Of a stretch of DNA of 64,000 nucleotides, positions 21,030-31,232 are shown in pieces. The notes below the pieces were generated by a model that worked only from the letters and a program-made list of their open reading frames with translations, had not been told where the DNA came from and made no database searches. The position numbers were made by a program, and so were the translations under genes. Location of the stretch: the sequence record MZ444140.1. One strand, given 5' to 3'. The number at the start of each line of letters is the position of its first letter. Within the stretch, counting starts at the first letter, position 1.

Positions 21030-21336
21030 CGTTATGTTCAGGTAAGTTCGCTACGCTTACCCCGCCTCTCGTATTGCAGGCAGCTGCATGTCACCATGCA
21101 GACCAGACTATATCTTAACCTTCACCCTAGGTGGTCAGGTCCCTCCCATTTCCACTCGCTTGAGTGTACTCCGCGTAACCGGATAGTCGTTGAACGTTCA
21201 ATCCATTTCTGGAAAGCTTCGCTGCTGATTGTCTCATTGAGATGTCCCAGCAATTAGAGAGGATTTACTTGACTCTTTCGAGATCAAGCAGGCAATTTGA
21301 CAATATCCATTCCTGAGAGATGGATGGATATTAATT
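21030..21336 (-). mobile_element. Group I intron without an ORF (307 nt) in nvRNAP beta
   Basis: Minus strand P AATTGCTGGGA (21245-55), Q AATCAGCAG (21222-30), R GTTCAACGACTA (21184-95), S AAGATATAGTCT (21105-16); 5' exon ends in U, intron ends in G; splicing restores FHGG-KGV (RpoB RHGNKGV). Confidence 0.9.
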
Positions 21337-22515
21337 ACCACCATGAAAATCAGTCATCTTGAAAGCACCAGCAGGCATCTTTTGGGCTTTGTAAGTTACT
21401 TCGACTCGCCATTCATCTAGTGGGTCTAGTCGATAGAATCGAGATAGTTTACGGACATTATCAGGTTGAGGTAGGAACATCTGTGCAGTTACAATAAGAC
21501 GTTCAAATTCCTCAGTGATATGTAGATCATCTTTACGACGTGCTAATAGACCACGATAGATCTTTAATAGTTCTCGATAATAACTGCTAAGATGAGTATG
21601 ATATTTAACTAGTTGTGCATCCATTCCTGTTGGAGTAGGGGATGGATTTACACGCTCATCACGCCAAATATCAATATCAATAACCTTCGCACCAGGTGTG
21701 CCAATAACAGCTCTATCGAAAGTTCTATCTAGTGTACGAAGTGCCCTAGGAGTCATCTCGGCAGGAGCTAGATCATCATCATGGTCACGGATGGCGAAGA
21801 TTACACCATCTGGTCGGATAACATCGCCAATGTCTGGGAATGGTTTATAGACCTTATCATCGCCATACATGTTTAAGAAGAAAGCTTTCCTACCAGCATT
21901 AGCTACAGCCGTGCTATAACTAGTTGGCATCATCCTTTTAAGGAAATTCTTATTAGCTACGAATCCATCTTCAATGGTACCAGCGGCAGATAGGAATACA
22001 ACATTAGCATTAACACCCATCCCTAAAGTACCGTCTTTCTTAACTGCACCAGACTGTGCAATCACTGTGTCTTTAGAGAACATTTCATTTGGGGCAATGG
22101 TTTCCCATACTTCTCGATTCTTTACAAGTTCATAACCAAAGTCTTGGTGATGACTCATGTACTCGGGAACATGTAAGACACCAATGGTTTTATATTTGTC
22201 AAAATAGTTTTCGTAGATAATAGTTGTTACCGGGTTAGATCTAATACTGTCTTTACCAATACCCGTTGGATATTTTCTAAGAACATGTAGTACACGACAA
22301 TCCTCAGGAAAACGAACATCATGTGTATACTTGGCATACTCTAATTCAGCACCCGTTAGGAAATAACGCGATTCATTTCCATTTACTTCTGGTGCCTGGC
22401 CAATATGTGTTACAAACATAGCACCCCGTGCAGATGAGGTAGTGCCATACCAAGGATCTAAACCAGTATGCCCTAATAGGGTTAGATCAATTTCACGTTT
22501 ACCTAGTTCAGCCAT
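21337..22515 (-). CDS. rpoB: Non-virion RNAP beta C-terminal subunit, exon 1 (gp71-like)
   Basis: SSARGAMF.THIGQA, GTIEDGFV, AFKMTDFHGG; spliced product about 700 aa. Confidence 0.9.
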
Positions 22516-22653
22516 TTTGTTTATCACCATTAATTAGACAAGATGCAGTACTACTATATTTCTTATTTGCGCTGTTTTTAGATATAGCCTTTTGTAAGAC
22601 TTCAATGTCTGGTATCACCAATCTCATACCTCTTGTTTACTAATTACAAATCA

Positions 22654-22678
22654 ATGATATAGATCTTAAATAAAATTT
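22654..22678 (-). promoter_or_regulatory. Early (vRNAP) promoter
   Basis: AAATTTTATTTAAGATCTATATCAT, matching the phiKZ early TATATTAC-type motif, upstream of nvRNAP beta. Confidence 0.7.
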
Positions 22679-22691
22679 ATTGGAATTTATT

Positions 22692-23054
22692 ATGGCATTC
22701 ACACTGTTAGCTAATCAGCCAGATTCAGGTGAATCTGTTTATTATGAACCAGGGTTCAGATTAATTATTGAGACTCATTTGAATATCTTACGTAATGTCA
22801 GATCCACACGTATTCAGATTCCACCTGAACTGTATTACCAGTTCGAAGGAAACTTTTATGGATACATGGCAGAACGCCGTGTCAATCCTGATATGTGGTG
22901 GATTCAAATGCGTGTTAATGGTTTAGTTAGCCCTTATGATTTTGGTAAAGTTCTAAGGGATCCTTCAGCTAATGATTACACCAGCTATTTAATCATACCG
23001 AATAACGACATGATTCAACACCTCGTTAGCTTATATCAAACTAAAAAGTTTTAA
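22692..23054 (+). CDS. LysM-like baseplate wedge protein (T4 gp53 / P2 gpX-like)
   Basis: WWIQMRVNGLVSPYDF...LIIPN pattern typical of gp53/gpX LysM modules. Confidence 0.55.
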   Translation: MAFTLLANQPDSGESVYYEPGFRLIIETHLNILRNVRSTRIQIPPELYYQFEGNFYGYMAERRVNPDMWWIQMRVNGLVSPYDFGKVLRDPSANDYTSYLIIPNNDMIQHLVSLYQTKKF

Positions 23055-23058
23055 AGCA

Positions 23059-23090
23059 AGCCAGGGGACCCTTAGGCCCCCTGGTTTATG
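23059..23090. terminator. Bidirectional hairpin ending in TTTATG
   Basis: agccagggg-acccttaggc-cccctggtt between convergent genes. Confidence 0.7.
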
Positions 23091-23095
23091 CCGTG

Positions 23096-24487
23096 TTACA
23101 GTAGACGACCCATCATTTGGTTTCCACCTAGATTCATCATCGCGGTGTTACCATTACCAGCTAGAGCGGGGTTTAGTGCTTGTGCAAATCCACCACCCAT
23201 CGGCATTTGATTGCCCATGAGTTGCATCATTTGCGGATGCATATTAGCCATCATTGGTTGCTGTGGCTGCATCATCCCAGGCATTGCAAAGTTATTGTTC
23301 ATCATAACAGGTTGTTGCATCATTCCGGGTTGAGCAAATTGGTTTTTCTGCCCAGCGTTTAGAAGATCTTGGATAGATGCTTTATTGCTAGTTTGAACTT
23401 GTTGTGCGGGACGTTGAGGTGCCTGAGTCATTGCTACAGCTTGACTCATAGATGGATTAACATTCACAGTTGTGCCTACTGGTACACGTGTAGAAGTAGT
23501 TTGTTCTTTAGCAGTATTACCCACTTTAACTACACTATCCTTTTTCTGGACAGGAATTTGGGCAACTGGGTTTACAGTTTCAGAAGCTTCTTCTTCTACT
23601 TCATTGCTGACTCCTTCATTACCATCAAGAGAGGGGATCTCACGTTGCATCTTTGCAAAATCAGCAATCACCTTCTCATCAACTTTTGAATAAGGTTGAA
23701 TAGCATCATCGAAGATCAGGCGATACTTATCAATAACACTATTTAGTTGAGTAGTGATTTTGTTAAATGCCTGGATAAGACATACAAAATAAGGTGCTAC
23801 CCGCTCAACTGTTCCTGCTGAATATTCAGTTGGTGAATCACCAAATGGTACAACTAGTTTAAATAGTTCGATTAGAACTGGCCGCTGTTTCTTAGGTACA
23901 TTTACTCCAAGGATATCATCTTTAGAATAAAGATCCTCTACGATAGGGAACCGAATAACGCAGATACGGTTAACTGTCTTCCCATCAAATTTACCATTTG
24001 CTTTTAGATACACGCTTACAAAACGTGAACGTTTTTCAGCAGCTTTGACAACCTTATTAAACCACTCAATGGTATCTGGCTTAGCACCGGATAGTTTCTT
24101 TAGGAAGTCTGAACATTCTGGTGGAATGTCTTTATGCAGAGTGGAGTCGGCAGCTACTTCTAAAATACGTGAAGTAAGATACTTCACAGTAAACATTAGA
24201 TTAGCCTTAACTTGACGCTGCATATGCTGTAGTACTTGAGAAGTACCTAGCCGAGAGATCTTTTCAGATAGCGGGTGGAAGGCGATGTAATCATCGCCTA
24301 GCCCTTTACGAAGCCAATCTTTAGTAGGTACCACTAGTCGCTTACCATCTACCTTTGCAGGTGCAGGTCGACCAAGTGGATCGAGAATACTGATCATATC
24401 CTCTTCACCTACTTTGTATCGGAAAGCAGGTAATACTTGATCACTATAGAACTTGGAAAGAGAAATCGTAGGCATTGTTATCACCAA
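23096..24487 (-). CDS. Chimalliviridae core protein with Q/M/N-rich low-complexity C-terminus (gp70-like)
   Basis: 463 aa, directly downstream of picA. Confidence 0.75.
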   Translation of the reverse strand: MVITMPTISLSKFYSDQVLPAFRYKVGEEDMISILDPLGRPAPAKVDGKRLVVPTKDWLRKGLGDDYIAFHPLSEKISRLGTSQVLQHMQRQVKANLMFTVKYLTSRILEVAADSTLHKDIPPECSDFLKKLSGAKPDTIEWFNKVVKAAEKRSRFVSVYLKANGKFDGKTVNRICVIRFPIVEDLYSKDDILGVNVPKKQRPVLIELFKLVVPFGDSPTEYSAGTVERVAPYFVCLIQAFNKITTQLNSVIDKYRLIFDDAIQPYSKVDEKVIADFAKMQREIPSLDGNEGVSNEVEEEASETVNPVAQIPVQKKDSVVKVGNTAKEQTTSTRVPVGTTVNVNPSMSQAVAMTQAPQRPAQQVQTSNKASIQDLLNAGQKNQFAQPGMMQQPVMMNNNFAMPGMMQPQQPMMANMHPQMMQLMGNQMPMGGGFAQALNPALAGNGNTAMMNLGGNQMMGRLL

Positions 24488-26117
24488 ATTTAGGATTGAT
24501 TTGAGCAGGTTGAGCTACAGGATGTTGATACGGTTGCATGTTAACCGGCTGACCACTACTGTTTAGAATGTTTTGTTGAGTCTTAGTTGGGATAACATTC
24601 TTAACAAGATAGGTAAGGTCATTAGAGATCATAGCCGGTGCAGATGCATCCCGAGTAATGACTGGACTAAACAGACTATCAATGAAGGTCGGTGCGATGA
24701 ATCGTTCTACCGATTCATGATTTAGACTGATATCAATAACAGTATCACCAGCTAAGTCAGAGTGCATGGAAATTTTAAACGGAATCTGGTTACCATAAGA
24801 GATACTGTTAATCGCATCGGTAATAAGACGACGTTCAAAGTCATTAATCTGTGGAGTCATATCAATTCCATCCATGATACTCCTGGTACCATTTGGATGC
24901 ATTTCGAATAGATAGTTATTCGCTCCATGTCCATTTGTAATTGCAAAGGAGGTTACCCGGAAATAGTTATCCATCATGATTGCTGGAACTACTTGTGCAA
25001 GTAGAGATGCTGCAACAGTGTGATGATCTGCACCACCCCAATGCATGGAATGCTCTGCTCGGTTAACGAAGCGTTGAGAATTACCATTATCCATACCAGC
25101 TTTAACTACACCATCAACCAGTAGTTCAGGGAATACTCGTTGTAGGTCAGCCAGTGTAACAAAGCCACGTTCCATGTAATTGCAGCGTTCTTTTAGAATG
25201 CGCATGAACATATTGGAATGGATATCTTGATTTCGAAGTACAGCTGATGCATCACCTAGCATCACTTCATCAGAGACACCTCCAAAGATATTATCGTTAT
25301 CATTATTAGCCATCTCAGCTTCTTTAACAGAATGCTGCCATGCATTAAGAGTACTAGATAGATAACGAGTAGGAGAAGTATCACGGCGATTTGAATATTG
25401 GAAAGTACCTGCTTCACCAACACTGGAACGTTGATCAATGATCCGGTCAAATACACCTTGATGTAGTCCAGTTGATTCAATGCGTTTAGCTACTTGCATC
25501 GTTTGCTGAATTTGGAAAACATCTTCTGGTCGTTGGAGATATGATGAAGTTCCAGTATACATGCTAAACCCGTTCTGAGGGATAGTAATATCACTCATGA
25601 TATCGACGGGTGCAAGGATCTGGTTAGAACCTAGGATATGTGCTTGTTTGACTACACCGAACTCAGTTGGTCGTTGGCGCTCTACAATAACAGTTTCACT
25701 ATTAAAATAGATACGCATGTTAGGATCTAGACTATTGCTAAGCGGACTAATAGAGCAATGGTCAGAGCAACCAAATAGAATCCGGCAAGTACGGGTATTA
25801 CCAAAGAAACGGTTATTCTCCCATACTTTCATCATGAACCTAAACCGGCGCTCACCCCAACCATTGACGATAGGGACTTCACCTTGAGTTTGAGCACGTG
25901 GTGCAATCACATCAGCTGCAATTTGCTGCACAGCTGCAACACCTAGATTACGACCATCATTAGTTGCTTCTTTTAAACGTTCAATAGAGTTCTCAGTGAC
26001 CTCTACCGTAAATGGTCGAACATGCTCAGGTTGATAAGTACCAGTCTGTACTAGAATGAATGATTCAATCTGTACTTCAGTATTACCACCCATTGCTGAA
26101 TTATTAAAACCTAACAT
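24444..26117 (-). CDS. picA: Phage nucleus protein import factor PicA/Imp1 (gp69-like)
   Basis: 557 aa between the gp68-like and gp70-like genes; N-terminal ILVQTGTYQPEHVRPF is typical of the family; synteny. Confidence 0.8.
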   Translation of the reverse strand: MLGFNNSAMGGNTEVQIESFILVQTGTYQPEHVRPFTVEVTENSIERLKEATNDGRNLGVAAVQQIAADVIAPRAQTQGEVPIVNGWGERRFRFMMKVWENNRFFGNTRTCRILFGCSDHCSISPLSNSLDPNMRIYFNSETVIVERQRPTEFGVVKQAHILGSNQILAPVDIMSDITIPQNGFSMYTGTSSYLQRPEDVFQIQQTMQVAKRIESTGLHQGVFDRIIDQRSSVGEAGTFQYSNRRDTSPTRYLSSTLNAWQHSVKEAEMANNDNDNIFGGVSDEVMLGDASAVLRNQDIHSNMFMRILKERCNYMERGFVTLADLQRVFPELLVDGVVKAGMDNGNSQRFVNRAEHSMHWGGADHHTVAASLLAQVVPAIMMDNYFRVTSFAITNGHGANNYLFEMHPNGTRSIMDGIDMTPQINDFERRLITDAINSISYGNQIPFKISMHSDLAGDTVIDISLNHESVERFIAPTFIDSLFSPVITRDASAPAMISNDLTYLVKNVIPTKTQQNILNSSGQPVNMQPYQHPVAQPAQINPKFGDNNAYDFSFQVL

Positions 26118-26133
26118 AGAACTACCTCAATTA

Positions 26134-27717
26134 TTACTGATTAAGTTTACCCAGATGAATTACCAGTTCGGTGATCACCGACTTAATTGTGGCCGGTACA
26201 ACAAGGACTTTATTCTGAGTTACCTGTTCTGCTTCTTTGAATAAACGATCGGGTCCATGATAGATCCAGTTACTAGATCTAATGGATGCATGTGCAGATT
26301 GCACAGCAATGCCCGCAATATTTACAGGTGCTACTGGAACACCGTTAATAGCTCGTTGTTGTCGCTGATGTGGATAAAGTTCATCCATCACATCCTTATA
26401 TTTAATTTGAATACGTGTACTATTACGTGGTTGAATGGACATTGCATGATCACCACTATAATACAATTCTACTTGCATAAATACAGCAACTTGTTGGAAA
26501 CCCCAATGCCACATTAGTGACTGAGCTGCTGCCAACAAATGGTTAACTGCATTCTTATTAATGTGGCTGAATGCTCTTGCAGGAAAAGCTTTGTGCATTA
26601 CCCATTGCGCAAGTAATATCTGGTGTGGATAGATATCTTTAGTAGCTGTAACTGCAACGCAATCTAGACATTCCTGAATTAACTCTAGTGGGACAGTGTC
26701 ATCGATTTTGTGAACAAGTTTAACTACATCAAGAGCATCTAAGTTATAAGCTACGATATCACCAGGAGTAACTCGCTGTTTAGTTTTATGCGATTCGATA
26801 AATGATGTTTTATCATCATCATCAATACCACCTTTATCTGGCCGTTTATCATTAACCCGGTCAGCAGTTGATCGTTCCGCAGGGTTTAGATTTGACTTAA
26901 CATATCTAAACATATTTGAAACGATGGAATGTGAGGTGACATCGTTTAATGGTAGGATGGTTAATCGCCTAACCATAACTTTAGCCTGTAAGATATCCGG
27001 CACTTCAGCTGAACTCATACCCCTGTAAAGGTTGGCTAAGGTGGGTGCTTCATCTTCTACACAAAACTTAACATATGCACTTAGCTTATCATAAGCTGTT
27101 TCTACTGGAGTTCCATCGATTGATATTTCATCAACAGGCCAATGGTTAACCTCACAATCCGAGATGAGACTAATTACTTCACACTCTTTATGCATTTCCT
27201 GAGAAGTGCCCTGATCAATAAACTCGCCCCAAATAGGTACTAAAGGACGAAGAGCTAGTGATACAGATGCAAGGTTAATATAGTCATGTTTCAGATATGT
27301 TTGATCTGGTCGATTATATCGTGAATCATCAGTGATAACTTCTTCAATATCTACTGGAATATAAAGTTTACCAATAGTTAGTAGCCATCGCCGAAAACTA
27401 TTCATCGGCATGGCTTTATACATCTCTTTGATGTAATAGGATAGACTCATTGCAATCCTCATCGGATCCATAGCCATATCCATGATCTTACGAATTTCTA
27501 CATAACAATTCCAGATATGTTGTTGTGTCTCAGCACTTAGGCCACTCCAATAATCATTGATTTCTTGGAATACTCGTTGTTGATCTTGTACACGGATTTT
27601 ACTATAAGCCGTAGTTGTCCAAGTTAAACGTTTACCATTGTGCTCTGTAGCCACTTCAGTAAAACCAGTACCTTGAACTCCTGTAACGATGATTTGCATT
27701 TTAACCTCTTTTACCAA
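26134..27717 (-). CDS. nvRNAP promoter-specificity (sigma-like) subunit (gp68-like)
   Basis: About 521-527 aa; core-block position between chmC and picA; preceded by an early promoter. Confidence 0.8.
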   Translation of the reverse strand: MVKEVKMQIIVTGVQGTGFTEVATEHNGKRLTWTTTAYSKIRVQDQQRVFQEINDYWSGLSAETQQHIWNCYVEIRKIMDMAMDPMRIAMSLSYYIKEMYKAMPMNSFRRWLLTIGKLYIPVDIEEVITDDSRYNRPDQTYLKHDYINLASVSLALRPLVPIWGEFIDQGTSQEMHKECEVISLISDCEVNHWPVDEISIDGTPVETAYDKLSAYVKFCVEDEAPTLANLYRGMSSAEVPDILQAKVMVRRLTILPLNDVTSHSIVSNMFRYVKSNLNPAERSTADRVNDKRPDKGGIDDDDKTSFIESHKTKQRVTPGDIVAYNLDALDVVKLVHKIDDTVPLELIQECLDCVAVTATKDIYPHQILLAQWVMHKAFPARAFSHINKNAVNHLLAAAQSLMWHWGFQQVAVFMQVELYYSGDHAMSIQPRNSTRIQIKYKDVMDELYPHQRQQRAINGVPVAPVNIAGIAVQSAHASIRSSNWIYHGPDRLFKEAEQVTQNKVLVVPATIKSVITELVIHLGKLNQ

Positions 27718-27732
27718 TGTAGATACATGTTA

Positions 27733-27757
27733 GTAATATAGATCTCAAATTTTTTTT
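27733..27757 (-). promoter_or_regulatory. Early (vRNAP) promoter
   Basis: AAAAAAAATTTGAGATCTATATTAC, a perfect TATATTAC motif. Confidence 0.8.
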
Positions 27758-27783
27758 AGTATAACGGCATTTAGTACTGAGGG

Positions 27784-27822
27784 CATATCGGTGCCTACTT
27801 CGAGAGTAAGCACCGAAATATG
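27784..27822 (-). terminator. Long hairpin after chmC, CATA/TATG-flanked
   Basis: CATAT-TT-CGGTGCTTAC-loop-GTAGGCACCG-ATATG. Confidence 0.6.
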
Positions 27823-27824
27823 TT

Positions 27825-28565
27825 TTAGAAGGAAGGCATATCCTCATCAAAAGCTGAGTCATTATAACTATTATTAGCCGGCTTAGCATAACTATTATTG
27901 CCGCCGTTGTTATAGTTATTGCGCTGACCACCGTTATTGTAACCGCCGCTATTACCATTACCCTGATTGAAATTAGCAGGGTTAGATACACCTTTAGCAT
28001 CTGGATCGAATTCAGTTACTAGAAGATGCATTACTAGTTTATATGCGGGGTCTAGGAAACCGTATGCATAAGCATCAGACATTTCCTTAGGTGATAGCTG
28101 ACTACCATCTGCTTTGCGGATATCATGGAATTGGGACGGGCCAAAGAAGAATTTGATCTTTGGACGATCAGGTTGAGTGCTCAGCACTGCGATGTAAATT
28201 CGACCATCTTGTGCACGGCCAACATGTAGCTTAGAAAGCTCAATAAAATTATCACGCTTTTTACCAGCTACGAAGTTATTGCGGTAAACAAAGACGCGTT
28301 CAGTATCTTCAGTTTTACCTTCAATTAAGTCCATTGCAAACTTAATGAAACATGCAAAGGTTGCTAGGTCAGTATTGAACTCAATTTTACCATGGTCTTT
28401 ATCACCAGGTACATTAGTACGAACAGTAACCCGTGGTTGGTTTTTAAACAGACCAAATCGTAGCGTCGGTCGTTTTTGAGAACCCTCACATGGTTTGGCA
28501 TGTAGCCAAGTATTCATTACGTTAAAAGGGTTAACTACGGGTGCATTAGGCTGCTGTTGTGACAT
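27825..28565 (-). CDS. chmC: Nucleus-associated RNA-binding protein ChmC (gp67-like, Whirly-like fold)
   Basis: 246 aa, folded N-terminus plus N/G-rich tail and acidic aromatic end FDEDMPSF; immediately upstream of the gp68-like gene. Confidence 0.75.
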   Translation of the reverse strand: MSQQQPNAPVVNPFNVMNTWLHAKPCEGSQKRPTLRFGLFKNQPRVTVRTNVPGDKDHGKIEFNTDLATFACFIKFAMDLIEGKTEDTERVFVYRNNFVAGKKRDNFIELSKLHVGRAQDGRIYIAVLSTQPDRPKIKFFFGPSQFHDIRKADGSQLSPKEMSDAYAYGFLDPAYKLVMHLLVTEFDPDAKGVSNPANFNQGNGNSGGYNNGGQRNNYNNGGNNSYAKPANNSYNDSAFDEDMPSF

Positions 28566-28651
28566 GATGTGATAACTCCAAATTAAAACTAGATTCTTTT
28601 AACTAGATGGGAAATGATTTCTACGTAATATTATCGCAACAAGTATTTCTT

Positions 28652-29482
28652 CTATTTGAATTTCTTGTATGCTTCTTTTAACTCTTTAGAACCATAAGCA
28701 GTAATGTCATGATGAACTTTATCTGGTGTTGTTAATCCTGTCCATTTTCTAGATTGTGCCAATTGTTTTAATTGCGCACGAATAGCTTTGTCTTGTGGTT
28801 CAAGTAATTGTTTATCGCCAAATATCTGTATAGCAAATGATGTAAAAGGAAATGGAGTATCTTCTTTTAAACCATTTAGTTTAGTATACCACATGTTGTA
28901 TGTCTTTATTTTACCCGTATGGGATTCCAATAAAAGAAGTCTATTAAAATGGGGTTTCCATAATAGTTCATGTGGGAAATGGGTTAATAGTAAAACAGTA
29001 CCTTCAACCTTTGGAGGTTTATTAGATATTTCCATTGTAGTTAAATCTGTATCTTTTAACTTCTGGTATAGTTCAATTGATACAAATCGTTCATAAACAT
29101 CATAAGCTAATTGTTGCGGTGTTCGTGATACTTTAAATGTAGCTTTAGGGAATAACCACTTCACTGCATCTCGGCCAGTAATGTAATATTTTACAGTTGC
29201 TTTTATCCCCGATTGCCGTAAAGCAACCGGGATTGTTTGTGCTTCTTGAAATAAAACATCGACTGCTGCAACCAAGTTAATATTAGTTTGTTGTTCAGAC
29301 TTCATAGCCTGCCACATATTTCTTGCAAGAGTACGGACATTAATCCATATTTCTTTAATAGACTTAACATCAGTTGGTTGTCTAGGCTTTTGTGGATGTG
29401 TTCCTATAAGCCCTTCGAGAGCAAAAGAAGTTCCAATGCTAATCGGAATATTAGCACCTACATCTCTCTCGATAATATCCAT
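28652..29482 (-). CDS. Core hypothetical protein, possibly PIN/flap 5'-nuclease-like fold (gp66-like)
   Basis: 276 aa downstream of sbcD; IWINVRTLARN and LLTHFPHELL segments. Fold call is tentative. Confidence 0.5.
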   Translation of the reverse strand: MDIIERDVGANIPISIGTSFALEGLIGTHPQKPRQPTDVKSIKEIWINVRTLARNMWQAMKSEQQTNINLVAAVDVLFQEAQTIPVALRQSGIKATVKYYITGRDAVKWLFPKATFKVSRTPQQLAYDVYERFVSIELYQKLKDTDLTTMEISNKPPKVEGTVLLLTHFPHELLWKPHFNRLLLLESHTGKIKTYNMWYTKLNGLKEDTPFPFTSFAIQIFGDKQLLEPQDKAIRAQLKQLAQSRKWTGLTTPDKVHHDITAYGSKELKEAYKKFK

Positions 29483-29494
29483 TATTATTGCCTT

Positions 29495-30661
29495 TTATTT
29501 GAACTCTGTCAATAATCCCAATACCCGCTGGATCTGAGCAGCGTCCGCTGTAAATTTTTCAATATCTGGAATAATTAAATCAGAAATACTTTCTGGAGTT
29601 ATATCCAAAAATTCTGATAAATCAAAATTCTTTAGGCTATCTGACACAGTATTTTTCTTTGTAGTAACTTTTTCAATTAAGATACTCCATGAAAAATTAG
29701 GATATTCATTTTGAAATGTATCGAGATCACCAGTAGCTACATCACCTGGATTACATCTTAACCTAATTGCAGAGTTAGTTGGTAGTGTCTTGATATGTTC
29801 TTTAACAGTGTAATTAAGTTGCTTAGTATCCATTCCATGGACATTCAAAGTATCATATCTACGCGCACCCTTATTCTCAAGGAATGTAGCAGTCCATTCG
29901 CCATTTTCTTTCACCACAACATCAAATAATCCTTTTGGAATTTCATCGTTGTGACTTAATCGGTCAAATCCACCGGCAGCTAAAATGCGTTCATAGATAG
30001 ACATCTCATGAACATGTCCACCATTGATCATATATTTAGTTAATGCTAAATATTCATCTGGATCATGTGTTGGCTCTTCAACAATGCTAGGTAGCTGGTG
30101 TTTAAATGCACCATGTAAAATAGTAAAGTCAACTTGAGATATACCTTTCTTATGCATTAAATCTTTTACTTGATTTAAAGTCTCTGATGTGGATGGATTC
30201 CATTTATCAGGGACATAAAGGAAATATGCATCTAGTTTCTCAATATACTCGATATCGAGAATCTTTGAATAATGCAAATCAACTTTAATATTAGCATTAT
30301 TCTTTTGTTCTACGAAAAACTGCATTTGCCCACGATCGTGTGATGGAGTCCCTTCAACAATACGGATCATTACATTATACATTTCACATTTGTAGAGAAG
30401 TATTGTAATAAATCTATCAATTGCGTATGCAGCTGGATCACCATTGTTTAATTGGCGATCAAATAAATCCCCTGTAATAATCAACATATCAATATCTTTT
30501 AAAATTGTATCAGGGACAGTTTTCCAAAAGTTATTGATGATTAATTCAGTAGGGGTTTGGCGATGCCCCATATGGACATCGCCTACTGTTAAATATCGAA
30601 ATATGCCAGGTTTCTTTGTTTTATCAGTCTTCATATTCGTCACCGTAAACACATTCATCAT
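29495..30661 (-). CDS. sbcD: SbcD/Mre11-like metallophosphoesterase nuclease (gp65-like)
   Basis: GDVHMGH, TGDLFD, EGTPSHD, LHGAF, GGHVH motifs. Confidence 0.9.
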   Translation of the reverse strand: MMNVFTVTNMKTDKTKKPGIFRYLTVGDVHMGHRQTPTELIINNFWKTVPDTILKDIDMLIITGDLFDRQLNNGDPAAYAIDRFITILLYKCEMYNVMIRIVEGTPSHDRGQMQFFVEQKNNANIKVDLHYSKILDIEYIEKLDAYFLYVPDKWNPSTSETLNQVKDLMHKKGISQVDFTILHGAFKHQLPSIVEEPTHDPDEYLALTKYMINGGHVHEMSIYERILAAGGFDRLSHNDEIPKGLFDVVVKENGEWTATFLENKGARRYDTLNVHGMDTKQLNYTVKEHIKTLPTNSAIRLRCNPGDVATGDLDTFQNEYPNFSWSILIEKVTTKKNTVSDSLKNFDLSEFLDITPESISDLIIPDIEKFTADAAQIQRVLGLLTEFK

Positions 30662-31232
30662 TCTCAGGTGTATCTACTTGCACACCTCCAGATTTAGATG
30701 AAGATGCATTCGGTAACTCATATAACGGAGTACCATCAGTATTTTTTAATACCCGACCATATGCTGCTAAGATTTGGATTAACACTTGTAGAAGTTGTTT
30801 TTCTAATGGTTCATTATAAATACACCGCTCTAGGAATTGAGCCGCTTCTTTAGCAAACCCACCACGTGGATTACGGTTATGTTCTTTATTATAATAATCC
30901 ATTACGTTAGAAATGCTAGCAACATTCTCACCAGATGAGATTGCAACACTTGGACGAGGATAGAGTGCTGGAACTGTAAAAAGCACAACTGCTTCTTTGG
31001 TATTTACACTTGCTACGCGTAACGGATTTGATAGCTCACGAACATATTTACGATATTCATCTAATGCACCAGGTGCCCATGGACATTCAAGTAACGGTAA
31101 TATATTCTTTACAAAAACGTCCTCATGAACAATAGGTGTCTCTTTCTGATGAATGTTAACCATGGCTTGCATTGCATCCATGATCATGTTATCGCTATCT
31201 GTAACTCTAGTGTTCGGTTCCGGAGTTGCCAT
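30624..31232 (-). CDS. Core hypothetical protein (gp64-like)
   Basis: About 202 aa, start MATPEP. Confidence 0.7.
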   Translation of the reverse strand: MATPEPNTRVTDSDNMIMDAMQAMVNIHQKETPIVHEDVFVKNILPLLECPWAPGALDEYRKYVRELSNPLRVASVNTKEAVVLFTVPALYPRPSVAISSGENVASISNVMDYYNKEHNRNPRGGFAKEAAQFLERCIYNEPLEKQLLQVLIQILAAYGRVLKNTDGTPLYELPNASSSKSGGVQVDTPENDECVYGDEYED

